This document shows, in pieces, positions 39,404 to 48,522 of a DNA stretch of 55,493 bases. The stretch's first letter is position 1; every line of letters starts with the position of its first letter. Below the pieces are notes generated by a model that made no database searches, was not told the origin of the DNA, and saw nothing but the letters and a program-made list of their open reading frames with translations. Source of the DNA: Myxococcota bacterium (lineage in GTDB: Bacteria; Myxococcota; Myxococcia; Myxococcales; Myxococcaceae); the NCBI GenBank assembly GCA_049322255.1, contig JBMORE010000178.1, positions 1 to 55,493 of the forward strand. The letters run 5' to 3'. Made by a program: the position numbers and the translations under genes.

Positions 39404-40657
39404 GTGGCATTCGCCATCTTCATCGTCACGTATGCCTTCATCGCCGGCACGCGACTTCCTTGGCTCAAGCTCGACCGCCCCGGTGCGGCACTGCTCGGCG
39501 CGGTGCTGATGGTGGTGTTCGGTGTCGTCACCCCCAGAGAAGTCTTCAACCACAGCGTCGACCCCTCGCTGCACGCGGTGGACATGGACACCTTGGTGCT
39601 CCTTTTGGCGATGATGATGCTCGCCAGCTACCTCACCCACGCCGCCTTCTTTCGCGCCATTGGTTACCACGCGGTGCGGCTGGCGAAGACGCCTCGCATG
39701 CTCCTCATCGCTTTGGGGGTTGCCAGCGCCGTGCTGAGCGCGATTCTGGTCAACGACACGGTGTGCCTGATGCTCGCCCCCCTCACCCTGGCGGTGGTCG
39801 AGGAAGCCCAGCTCCCACCCGTGCCTTATCTTTTCGCCGTATGCCTGGCCTCCAATGCGGGCTCGCTGGCCACCTTCACCGGCAATCCCCAGAACATGCT
39901 CATCCAGGGAGCCTCCGGGCTCTCCTACGCGTCCTTTGCGACGTATATGGCTCTGCCGGCGGTACTCTCCACCACCGCGGTGCTAGGCGTGCTCCTCTTC
40001 GCCTTCCGCAAGGAGCTCCCCCGGCACCGTTTCGCCCCACGCCCGCCGCCGCCTCCGGTGAACCGATGGCTGATGGCCCTGTGTGGCATCACCCTGGCGG
40101 GAGTCATCACCGCCTTCTTCGCTGGCCTGCCGATGAGCTGGAGCGCCCTGGCCGGCGCGGCAGTGGTGATGGCTCTCGCGGGTCACTCGCCGCGCGAGAT
40201 GCTCGAGAAGGTCGACTTCGTGCTCCTCCTCTTCTTCGCCAGCCTCTTCGTGGTGGTGTACGGCGTGCACAAGGAGGGCTGGGTGGAAAGTACCCGGCAC
40301 ATCCTGGCGCCGCTCACGCACGGTTCGGCCGTGCAGGAGATCTTCGGCTTTGCCTCGCTCACCGTGCTCGCGTCGAACCTCTTGAGCAACGTGCCTTACG
40401 TGATGGTGGCCCGCCACTGGGTGCCGGCGATGCAGTCACCCGTGCTGGGCTGGCACGTGCTTTCCCTGGCCTCCACCCTCGCCGGCAACCTGACTCTCAT
40501 CGGCAGCATGGCCAACCTCATCGTCTTCGAGGCCGCGCGCGAGCGAGCGAGGGTTTCCTTCTGGCAATTCTTCCGTATCGGAGCCCCGGCGACGTTGATC
40601 AGCCTCTTGTTGGGGCTGGCGGCGCTCTGGGGCGAGCACGCGCTCCTTCCGCCGTAG
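39404..40657 (+). CDS. ArsB/NhaD/CitMHS (ion transporter superfamily) permease
   Basis: About 11 TMs; VNDT, SNAGS.AT.TGNPQN, SNVP and STLAGNLT..GS.AN motifs. Confidence 0.92.
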   Translation: MAFAIFIVTYAFIAGTRLPWLKLDRPGAALLGAVLMVVFGVVTPREVFNHSVDPSLHAVDMDTLVLLLAMMMLASYLTHAAFFRAIGYHAVRLAKTPRMLLIALGVASAVLSAILVNDTVCLMLAPLTLAVVEEAQLPPVPYLFAVCLASNAGSLATFTGNPQNMLIQGASGLSYASFATYMALPAVLSTTAVLGVLLFAFRKELPRHRFAPRPPPPPVNRWLMALCGITLAGVITAFFAGLPMSWSALAGAAVVMALAGHSPREMLEKVDFVLLLFFASLFVVVYGVHKEGWVESTRHILAPLTHGSAVQEIFGFASLTVLASNLLSNVPYVMVARHWVPAMQSPVLGWHVLSLASTLAGNLTLIGSMANLIVFEAARERARVSFWQFFRIGAPATLISLLLGLAALWGEHALLPP

Positions 40658-40683
40658 ATGGAACCAGGCGGAACGACCGGGAT

Positions 40684-40816
40684 CGGGAGCGGGAGCGGGA
40701 GCGTTTGCGGGCATCGGGGACGCGTACGGCTCACGATGGCGGGCCACGTGTCCGGGCGCGTGCGACGTACCCGATTGCCGGCTCCGTTCCCGCAAACGCT
40801 CCCGCTCCCGCTCCCG
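40684..40816. repeat. Perfect 28-bp inverted repeat containing (CGGGAG)n, 77-bp loop
   Basis: CGGGAGCGGGAGCGGGAGCGTTTGCGGG at 40684-40711 and its exact reverse complement at 40789-40816, between convergent genes. Confidence 0.92.
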
Positions 40817-40869
40817 GCATTTTCAGCGGCTGGTTTGAGGCGAGCGCGCGCTCTTCTCGCCATGGAGAC

Positions 40870-41679
40870 CTACAGGGGGTCGGGATCAGGAAGCTCGCCG
40901 TCGTTCACTTCGGGCGGAGCATTTTTCTCCGGGGCCGTGGGCGAGCTTTCCTTCTCTGTACCAGCGTGCATCGCCGGGCCCTGCCGGCGGTCGGGCGGAT
41001 TCAAATCCTTGGCGAACTGGGTCGCCACAGCATCGAGGAGAGTGGTCAGCTCGGTGCGGAACATCGCCGGGTCCTTGGCCACCCGGAAGGGGTCGACGTG
41101 GGGGTTGTGCGCGTCCACCTGGTCGACGCGGAACGCTCGGCGCCACACCTCCCGCCCATCGACAAGGAAGAACATTCGCCCGTAGCCCTCGATGTAGGTG
41201 CCCGCGCGCCCTCCCGCGCTGCGCATGCCGAACTCTTCGATGACGAGCTCGAGCACCGCGTCGGCGCCCAAAGGAGCGAGCAACTGGTAATCCGGCGGGT
41301 TGGCCGGCACCTCCTCCACCAGAAAGCTCTGCAGCTCGCGGGCGACCGCCACCGGGTCGGTGGTCTGGGTCCAGGGCGCCTCCTTGGGCAAGAGCGCCAG
41401 CACCTTGGCGCGCAGGCCGTCGGAGATCTCGAACCGGCTCATCCCCTGCGAAAGCTTCACCATCAGGCGCCGGTCGGCCTCCTTGGGCTCGAGCTTCTTG
41501 AGCTTGCCGGAGTAAGAGCCATCTTGACGAAAGACGAACGACCTGGGGCCGGCACCCTCTTCGATGCGTGAGACGACGGCGGGCTGAACCACGCGATCGA
41601 GGTCGGCTCCGGAAAGCTGCTTGTGGGCACAGCCACCCGCGAGCGCGGCCATCACGACGGCGGCGAGGTGCTTGTTCAT
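40870..41679 (-). CDS. Hypothetical lipoprotein
   Basis: MNKH..LAGGC lipobox; strong codon bias. Confidence 0.8.
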   Translation of the reverse strand: MNKHLAAVVMAALAGGCAHKQLSGADLDRVVQPAVVSRIEEGAGPRSFVFRQDGSYSGKLKKLEPKEADRRLMVKLSQGMSRFEISDGLRAKVLALLPKEAPWTQTTDPVAVARELQSFLVEEVPANPPDYQLLAPLGADAVLELVIEEFGMRSAGGRAGTYIEGYGRMFFLVDGREVWRRAFRVDQVDAHNPHVDPFRVAKDPAMFRTELTTLLDAVATQFAKDLNPPDRRQGPAMHAGTEKESSPTAPEKNAPPEVNDGELPDPDPL

Positions 41680-41777
41680 GTCTCGTGTCATACCCCCAAA
41701 GCCCCTGGACCGGCGAGGCCGATCGAGGTACGAACGCGCTCGTTCCCATCGACCCTTCTTGGAGGGGAGTTCCCGCC

Positions 41778-42980
41778 ATGACCCTGCGCCGCGCCGCGCT
41801 CGTTTCCACCACTTGCTGCCTGGCCCTCACCTTCAGCGGCTGCCCGGACAAGAAGCCCGAGCCACCCCCGGAGGTGAAGGTGGCCACCCCGGTGGTAGAG
41901 CCTCCCCGCCCCGCGGAGACACCCGAGCCTCGTGCAGAAAAAGAGTGCGCCGCGCCGATCGACCTTTCGCCTCCCGTGGACGTCACCATCGGCACCCGCG
42001 CGGCCAAAGCCAGCGGCTACAAGCTGACCTTCAGCGAAAAAGACGCCGACGGCACGCTCACCTTGGGGGTCTTGGGGCCCGTCAACGAGGACTCGGGGCC
42101 GAACATCTTGACGCTGCGTAAGTACGTCAAGTTCTTCCAGCAGGAGAAGGCCGACGCCATCGTCGTCACCGGAGACGTGGGCGAGGTGGCCGCCGGTATC
42201 GCCCGCGCGCTCGAGGAGCTGGCCGCTTCCAAGCTGCCGGTGCTGGTCATCGCCGGCAACCGCGAGTGCCGCGCTGAGTACTCCGACGGAGTCAGCGCCG
42301 CCCAAAAGGAGCACTCGAACATCGTCAACATGAACTTGGTGCGCGCGGTGGAGTTCCCCGAGGCGACGCTCGTTTCGCTCCCGGGTTACCACGACCAGAA
42401 TTTCATCACCTGCGCCACCGGGTGCCGGTACCACAAGAGCACGGTGGACGAAGTGGTTCGGGTGGCCAAGGAGTCCAAAGGACCGGTGGTGTTGGTGAGC
42501 CACGGCCCGCCGCACGGTGACGGGAGCCAGGCGCTCGACTACGCCTCGGCAGGCGGAAACGTGGGCAACGAGCAAATCAACCAAGCCATTCAAGAAGGCA
42601 ACATCGCCTTTGGCCTGTTCTCCAACATCAAGGAGGCCGGCGCCCGGGCCACCTCCGATGCCGCCGGTACCACCATTCTCAAGCCGGCCACCCCCTCGAA
42701 GACCTTGTATTTGAACCCTGGTCCGGCGGACACCGTGGGCTGGGAGATGAACGATGGCACCAAGAGCCTGGGCTTGGCCGCGGTGATGTCGATTCAAAAC
42801 GGCCAGGCGAGCTACAAGCTCTTCCGCGCCAAGGCGCTCACCGCGGCGGAGAAGGCCGAGGCCAAGAAGCTCGAGCCACCGGCCCGACCGGAAGGCGGCG
42901 AAGAGACGATGCCGGCCAAAGGGGAGGCTCCTTCCCCGCCTCCCGGCACGCCCGCCGGTGCTCCCGTCCCCACCCCGTGA
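41778..42980 (+). CDS. Calcineurin-like metallophosphoesterase-fold lipoprotein (degenerate motifs)
   Basis: FSGC lipobox; VVTGDV, AGNRE, SHGPP and LNPG motifs; GGAGGGGAG RBS. Confidence 0.85.
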   Translation: MTLRRAALVSTTCCLALTFSGCPDKKPEPPPEVKVATPVVEPPRPAETPEPRAEKECAAPIDLSPPVDVTIGTRAAKASGYKLTFSEKDADGTLTLGVLGPVNEDSGPNILTLRKYVKFFQQEKADAIVVTGDVGEVAAGIARALEELAASKLPVLVIAGNRECRAEYSDGVSAAQKEHSNIVNMNLVRAVEFPEATLVSLPGYHDQNFITCATGCRYHKSTVDEVVRVAKESKGPVVLVSHGPPHGDGSQALDYASAGGNVGNEQINQAIQEGNIAFGLFSNIKEAGARATSDAAGTTILKPATPSKTLYLNPGPADTVGWEMNDGTKSLGLAAVMSIQNGQASYKLFRAKALTAAEKAEAKKLEPPARPEGGEETMPAKGEAPSPPPGTPAGAPVPTP

Positions 42981-42990
42981 AGGGAGAGTC

Positions 42991-43734
42991 GTGAGTCGCT
43001 CCAACCCACCCACCAACCCAGGCGTGAAGAAGAAGCGCTTGGGGGAGATTTTGATGGAAGCGGGGCTGGTCGACGAGCTTCAGCTCAATGCGGCGCTCGC
43101 CGAGCAGCGGAAATGGGGCGGCAAGCTCGGTCGCACGCTGGTGGAGATGAAGTTCATCGACGAGGAGACGATGATGCTCGCGCTCTCGCGGCAGCTGAAC
43201 CTCCCGCTCATCGACCTCGACCACGCTTCGCTGCCCCCTACCGTCGTGCAACACCTACGGGTGGACGTCGCCGAACGCTATGGCGTGTTCCCTGTCGCGG
43301 CCGACGTGGCGAACAAGACCATCAGCTTGGCCACGTCCGATCCCACGAACATGGAAGCCGCGCAGGAGCTGGCCTTCCACACCGGCTTACGCGTTCAGCA
43401 GTTGGTGGCCAGCGCGTCGGCCATCGACCGCGCCATTCGCCGCTTCTATTACGGTGAGACCACCGTGGCCTCTCCCACTGCCACACCGCAAGGCTTCGGG
43501 GTGAGCGAGACGGTATTCGACCCCGAGGCGCTCGCAGCCCCTCCCAAGGCTTCGCCTGAGGCCGCCACGGAGCTTTCAGGGCGCCTCGCTCAGCTCTCCG
43601 ATCAGCTGGCGCACGTGGAGAAGATCGTGGTGGGCCAGGTACGCGCCATGCGGGGGATGCTCGAGCTGCTCGTGGAGAAGGGCGTGCTCACCCGCGAGGA
43701 GTACCTCGCCCGGGTGCGCGGGCGCGACCAGTAA
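42991..43734 (+). CDS. MshEN/GspE-N-terminal domain protein without ATPase
   Basis: RLGEILMEAGLV....L...L..Q then KLGRTLV; AERY.VFP..LATSDP..AIRRFY. Confidence 0.88.
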   Translation: MSRSNPPTNPGVKKKRLGEILMEAGLVDELQLNAALAEQRKWGGKLGRTLVEMKFIDEETMMLALSRQLNLPLIDLDHASLPPTVVQHLRVDVAERYGVFPVAADVANKTISLATSDPTNMEAAQELAFHTGLRVQQLVASASAIDRAIRRFYYGETTVASPTATPQGFGVSETVFDPEALAAPPKASPEAATELSGRLAQLSDQLAHVEKIVVGQVRAMRGMLELLVEKGVLTREEYLARVRGRDQ

Positions 43735-43740
43735 AAAAAG

Positions 43741-45621
43741 CTACACCAGCATCAGGCCCTCTTCGCCCAGCTGCGCCACCCCCGAGAGCACTGCCTCCGT
43801 CCGCTTGCGGCGGTCGTCGGAAAGCTCGGAGACGAGCACCAGTATTTGCGGGTGGCTCAAGATGATGCGGTTGAAGTCCTCCCGCGGCAGCCGCAAGAGC
43901 GAGGTGCGCCGGGCAGCGCTGACCGTCGCCGACGCGGGAGCCTTCTCGAGCAGCGACATCTCTCCGAAGATCTCGCCTTCCTTGAGCTTGGCCAGGTTCT
44001 GACCGTTCTTCTTCACCTCGACCTCGCCCGAGAGCACCACGTACATTCCGTCGCTTTGCTCGCCCTCGCGAATGACCACCTCGTTGCGCCCCACGTCGCG
44101 GGCGCGGAAACGGCGCACCAGGTCTTTGCGGTCATCGCGGCTGAAGGGCTTGAAGAGCGCCGAGGTGCTCATCACGTTGGAAAGCAAGCGCTGCCGGCAG
44201 AACTTCTTGAGGGCCTGCGACACTTGCGGGTAGCGGCGTGACAGCTCGGTGAGGACGGAGGCGGAGATCTCGAGCAGCTGCGCCTGTTCGGAAGCGACCT
44301 CTACCGACGCCGTGCGGGGCGCGCCAGACAACAGCGCCATCTCTCCGAAGAACGAACCGTCGTGCAAGACGGCAATCTCCTGGCGCTGGCCCTCCTCATC
44401 TCGGAAGACGCGCACGTCACCGTCGCAAATGACGTAGAAGGCCTGGCCGAGCGTGCCCTGCTCGATGACACGCTCGCCTTTGGCGTACCGGCGCAGCGGG
44501 CAACGCTCGAAGAGCTCGATGAACGCGTCGGGCGACAGATCGGAGAAGAGCGGAATCTTCGGCAACTCACCGGGGCCGACCTTCCCGGGCCCGAGCTCTT
44601 CGGGAAGCTCGATGATCTCGTCCTCGACTTCGGCCATGTCGCCCCGCTGCTGAATCCCAGCGAGCGCCGCGGCCTCCACCGCGTGCAGCAGCGAATCGCC
44701 CATGGGATCGATCTCGGTGAACGACGACACGCTCCCCGGTTGCCTTCCCCCTCCCCTTTCGTTCTGGGAAAGCGGTGGGGAGAGGGCCGACATCTGATCG
44801 AGGTCGAGATCGAGCTCGTCAAAGCGCGAGAGAGGCGGAGGCTGGGAAGCGGGGACCTCTCCTGATCCCTTGAAACCGGGCGGAAGCCAAATGCGTGAAG
44901 GCTCTGCGGGTTGGCCCTCGGGGTCCCGGCGTGGGCGCAAGCCTGGAGGTCCTCCGCCGAAGGCGGCGCTGGCCACCGGAGGTGTGGCAGGGGGTGACTG
45001 AGGAGGTGGGGGAGGCGGCGGCTCCGGTGGCTTCGCGGCCGCTTCGGTCCGCAGCTCGGGAGGTAGCTCGTCGGACAGATCGATGGGCTTGGCAAGGTCG
45101 ATCTCGAGCTCGACGCGCCCAGCGGGTTTTACCCCCGGCCTCTCGATTTCTATCTCTTCGTTGCTTTGATCCTCCTCGGGAGGAAGCTCAATCGCGTCCT
45201 TGCGGTTCATCGGGTTGATCGCCTGCTCATCGCCGAAGGTGGCCGATTCCCGCTCGTGGGGCTTCGAAGGCGGAGGCGTGGAAGACGCCGGTCGCGCGGA
45301 GGGCCCCGCCTTGCGTGCATAGAGCTCGGCGAGCATCTTCTGCACGCCCTTGTGTGTTGGGTCGAGCTCGACAATCAGCTTGCTGGCGGCAATCGCCCGG
45401 GGCAGAAAGCCATCGCGCGCGTAACCTTCGGCGGCCGCCGTGTAGGCGACGATCGCCTTGGGCTTGTCACCCGCCTTCGCCCAGGCGTCCCCCATGCGCA
45501 GCTTGGCTTGGAGGTCCTTGGTATCTGCCTCGCAGTACTCTTGGTAGAGCTGCGCCGCCTTGGCGAACTTCCCCTTGGTGAAGGCCTCGGTGGCCTTGTC
45601 TTTGAGCTTGCGCAGATCCAT
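43741..45621 (-). CDS. TPR + Pro-rich linker + two cNMP-binding domains
   Basis: N-terminal TPR; FGEMALLSGAPRTASV and FGEMSLLEKAPASATV. Confidence 0.92.
   Translation of the reverse strand: MDLRKLKDKATEAFTKGKFAKAAQLYQEYCEADTKDLQAKLRMGDAWAKAGDKPKAIVAYTAAAEGYARDGFLPRAIAASKLIVELDPTHKGVQKMLAELYARKAGPSARPASSTPPPSKPHERESATFGDEQAINPMNRKDAIELPPEEDQSNEEIEIERPGVKPAGRVELEIDLAKPIDLSDELPPELRTEAAAKPPEPPPPPPPQSPPATPPVASAAFGGGPPGLRPRRDPEGQPAEPSRIWLPPGFKGSGEVPASQPPPLSRFDELDLDLDQMSALSPPLSQNERGGGRQPGSVSSFTEIDPMGDSLLHAVEAAALAGIQQRGDMAEVEDEIIELPEELGPGKVGPGELPKIPLFSDLSPDAFIELFERCPLRRYAKGERVIEQGTLGQAFYVICDGDVRVFRDEEGQRQEIAVLHDGSFFGEMALLSGAPRTASVEVASEQAQLLEISASVLTELSRRYPQVSQALKKFCRQRLLSNVMSTSALFKPFSRDDRKDLVRRFRARDVGRNEVVIREGEQSDGMYVVLSGEVEVKKNGQNLAKLKEGEIFGEMSLLEKAPASATVSAARRTSLLRLPREDFNRIILSHPQILVLVSELSDDRRKRTEAVLSGVAQLGEEGLMLV
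44753..44786 (-). repeat. Degenerate REP-like repeat inserted in frame in the cNMP gene
   Basis: CTCTCCCCACCGCTTTCCCAGAACGAAAGGG vs intergenic CTCACCCCAACCCTCTCCCAGAGGGAGAGGG (24/31). Confidence 0.6.
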
Positions 45622-47705
45622 CACTTCTCTTGCTTGGCGAGCGCGGCCTGGGCGGCTTCCCGCACACGTCGAAAGTAGTCGCCCTTGAGGGCGTCGAGCG
45701 CGTCTTGGTGCGGCCCGGCGCCCAGGGTCGCCAGGGCCTCCGCCGCCGCCGCCCGCACGTCGGGGCTGTCGTGGTAGAGGTCCTTGCCCACCACCGCGGC
45801 TGCCTTCGGATCACCGATCTTTCCCAGCGCCAGGAGCACTTCCTTGCGCGCTACTCCGGTGGTGTTTTCCAGGTAGTTGATCAAGGTATCCACCGCCGCC
45901 TTGGCGCGCAGCTCGCCCAACAGGTGTGCGGCGTGGGCGGCGTCAGCGCCTCCTTCTCGGAGCAGCCCTTCGAGCGTCGCTGTCGCGTCGGCAGTGATGC
46001 CCACCCGGTTGAGGGCTTCGAGCAGCCTTGTCTTGTCGCCAAGCCTCGGTACCACCGCCAGAACAATCTTCTGCCCCTCTTCGCCCTGCTCTGCCAGCGC
46101 TTGCGCGGCCACCTTTTGCACCTCATGGTCGGTGTCGGTGAGGCCTTGTTGGGCGAGCTGTAGGCCCTCCGCGCCCAACGAGGCGAGGCCCGCCAAGGCG
46201 GCTCCACGAACCGTGAGGTTGTCGTCGTCGGCGAAGGGGCGCAACAGCTCCAACGCCCCAGGGGCCTTCAGCCGGCCCAGGGCGCGCAAAAGGTGCGCCC
46301 ACAGCCGAAGCTGCTCGTCGCTTGCATCGGGAACGAGCTCTTTGGGCGGGTGCGCCGCCAGGAGGGTCTTGTGCAGCGCATCGGAGCGTGCGGCGTTCAA
46401 GGCCTCGACCTTCTGGAAAAGCGCCGCTTGTTTGAGCTTCTGCTCGCCCATCGGTGTCTGGTCGCCGGCGCCGTTGGGATCGAAGCCGGGCGCGTAGACC
46501 TTGGGCAGCTCGGCTCCGATCCAATCGGTGCGCGCGGGCTGAAAGCCTTTGAGCTCTTGCTCGTAGCGCTTGAGCACCGCGGGGGCGGCCGACAGATCGC
46601 CCAGCTCGGTCACGGCGTCGACGGCCAGCCGGCGCACGTTCGCGTCGGAGCTCGACAGGAGCGGCAAAATTCTTGGGAGCGCCGGTTGGGCTGAAGGCCC
46701 CAACGCGCTCAACGCGGTCAGGGCGTTGGCCTGCGTCGACGAGGTGCGCAGCTTGTCGAGAATGGTCTCGAGCGGGCAACCCCCTCGGTGGCGCATCTCG
46801 CGCCCAGCGGCGATCGCCTCCGAAGCGCCTGCCTGAAGGGTGATGTCGCAGAGCGCCTGATTGGCTTCATCGCTCGGGGGCAGCGCGAGAATCGCCGCGG
46901 TGGCCAACGCGCTCGCCGAGCTGCGCTCGAGGGCGACCGCGGTGAGCTGGGGCAGCGCCGCCACGTCGCCCAGCTTGAGCAACGACTCGCAGGCCGCCTC
47001 CCGCAGCTCGGGGAAGTTTTCGGCGAGCAGCTCGGAGATGGGCCCCACCGCCCGCTTGTCGCCGGCATTGCCCAGCCCGCGCACCGCCGCCGAGGCGAGC
47101 ACGACCTGGCTGTCCTCGAGCAGCGGTACCAACCGGTTGATCGCCTCGGCCCGTCCGCTCTTCCCCAACTCCTCGGCCGCCCCCACCCGCTCCGGGAGTG
47201 ACCCGTCGCCGAGCGCTGCCAGATTTCGCTCCCAGATCGCCTTGGCCTCCGCCGCCACCGCGGCGGCCATCGCCCCGGGCACATTTGCCGCCTGCAAGGC
47301 CTGCACGATCGCCTGGCGCGTGCCCCGCGAGCGCCGGGCGTACTGCATCGTCAGATAGGCCTTGGCCTTGTCGCCCCTGATCTCCGCCAGCGCCATGGCC
47401 GCCTTGGCCTGAACGCTCTCGTCGGGGTCACCCAGCGCCTCGCCGAGAATGTCGACCACCCGGGGATCTTGGCTCTTGCCCAGCGCCGCCAGCGCCTCGC
47501 TGCGCACGATGCCCGAGGGGTCTCGCGAGGCCTGAGTGAAGAGCACCAGGTCCTCCGGCTTGGCCTGCGCGGCGAGCTTCTTGACCGCAAGTGCCCGCTC
47601 CTCCGGGCGAACGCTTTGCAGCTCCGCCAAAAGCCTGTCGCGGCTGCCGTCGCACCCGAAAAGCGCCAAGAGCGCCGCCAGAGCTGGGGAAAGCCGCCTC
47701 GCCAT
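45621..47705 (-). CDS. HEAT-repeat lipoprotein
   Basis: LFGC lipobox; many D...VR..A..ALG repeats. Confidence 0.9.
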   Translation of the reverse strand: MARRLSPALAALLALFGCDGSRDRLLAELQSVRPEERALAVKKLAAQAKPEDLVLFTQASRDPSGIVRSEALAALGKSQDPRVVDILGEALGDPDESVQAKAAMALAEIRGDKAKAYLTMQYARRSRGTRQAIVQALQAANVPGAMAAAVAAEAKAIWERNLAALGDGSLPERVGAAEELGKSGRAEAINRLVPLLEDSQVVLASAAVRGLGNAGDKRAVGPISELLAENFPELREAACESLLKLGDVAALPQLTAVALERSSASALATAAILALPPSDEANQALCDITLQAGASEAIAAGREMRHRGGCPLETILDKLRTSSTQANALTALSALGPSAQPALPRILPLLSSSDANVRRLAVDAVTELGDLSAAPAVLKRYEQELKGFQPARTDWIGAELPKVYAPGFDPNGAGDQTPMGEQKLKQAALFQKVEALNAARSDALHKTLLAAHPPKELVPDASDEQLRLWAHLLRALGRLKAPGALELLRPFADDDNLTVRGAALAGLASLGAEGLQLAQQGLTDTDHEVQKVAAQALAEQGEEGQKIVLAVVPRLGDKTRLLEALNRVGITADATATLEGLLREGGADAAHAAHLLGELRAKAAVDTLINYLENTTGVARKEVLLALGKIGDPKAAAVVGKDLYHDSPDVRAAAAEALATLGAGPHQDALDALKGDYFRRVREAAQAALAKQEK

Positions 47706-47723
47706 TGGGTTTTCGCGGTTATA

Positions 47724-48518
47724 TCAGCCCCCCTGGGGAGCTCCATGTCCGTGGCGACGGGCGGGCAGACGAAAGTTTCTCTCCGGCGGAGGCGGGCCAC
47801 CCTGGGCCACCGCCCGGAGCGACTCCACCTCGGCCTTGGTCAAGACCCGCAAAGTGCCCGGACGTAAACCCTCCACCCCGACGCCGGCGTAAGAGGGACG
47901 AAACAGGCGCACCACCGGGTGGCCGATGGCGGCGCACAGCCGTTTGATGAGGTGCGGCCGACCTTCGGCGACGCTCAGCTTGAGCCAGGTGTTCTTCTCC
48001 GCTTTTTCGAATACCTCCGCCGAGAGCGGCTTGGCCATGCCGTCTTCGAGGCGCACGCCGCCGCGCAGCTTCTCCAGCGTCTTTTCGGTGGGAGCGCCCT
48101 TCACCTTGGCGAGGTAGGTGCGGGGCACCTGGTAGCGCGGGTGCATGAGCCGGTGGGCGAGCTCGCCGTCGTCGGTGACCAAGAGGGCCCCTTCGGCGTC
48201 GTAGTCCAGCCTACCCACCGGGAACAGCCGCGCCTCGAAACCCTTCAGGTAGTCCTTGACCGTGGGCCTTCTTTGCGGGTCCTCCAGGGTGGTGACCACG
48301 CCGGGCGGCTTGTAGAGCACCGCGTAGGTGTGGGCCGAGGGCGGCTCGACCAGCTTGCCGTCGACGGTGACGAGGTCTTTGCCGGGCTCGACCTTGGTGC
48401 CGAGCGTGATGACCTTCTGGTTGTTCACACAGACGCGGCCCGCGACGATCAGCTGTTCGGCATGACGGCGCGATGCCACCCCCGCGCGCGCGAGGAACTT
48501 CTGCAGCCGCTCGGGCAT
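47724..48518 (-). CDS. rluB: 23S rRNA pseudouridine synthase (RluB-like)
   Basis: S4 domain ERLQKFLA..SRR; KPPG; VGRLD; EGR; follows scpB. Confidence 0.92.
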   Translation of the reverse strand: MPERLQKFLARAGVASRRHAEQLIVAGRVCVNNQKVITLGTKVEPGKDLVTVDGKLVEPPSAHTYAVLYKPPGVVTTLEDPQRRPTVKDYLKGFEARLFPVGRLDYDAEGALLVTDDGELAHRLMHPRYQVPRTYLAKVKGAPTEKTLEKLRGGVRLEDGMAKPLSAEVFEKAEKNTWLKLSVAEGRPHLIKRLCAAIGHPVVRLFRPSYAGVGVEGLRPGTLRVLTKAEVESLRAVAQGGPPPPERNFRLPARRHGHGAPQGG

Positions 48519-48522
48519 GCTT

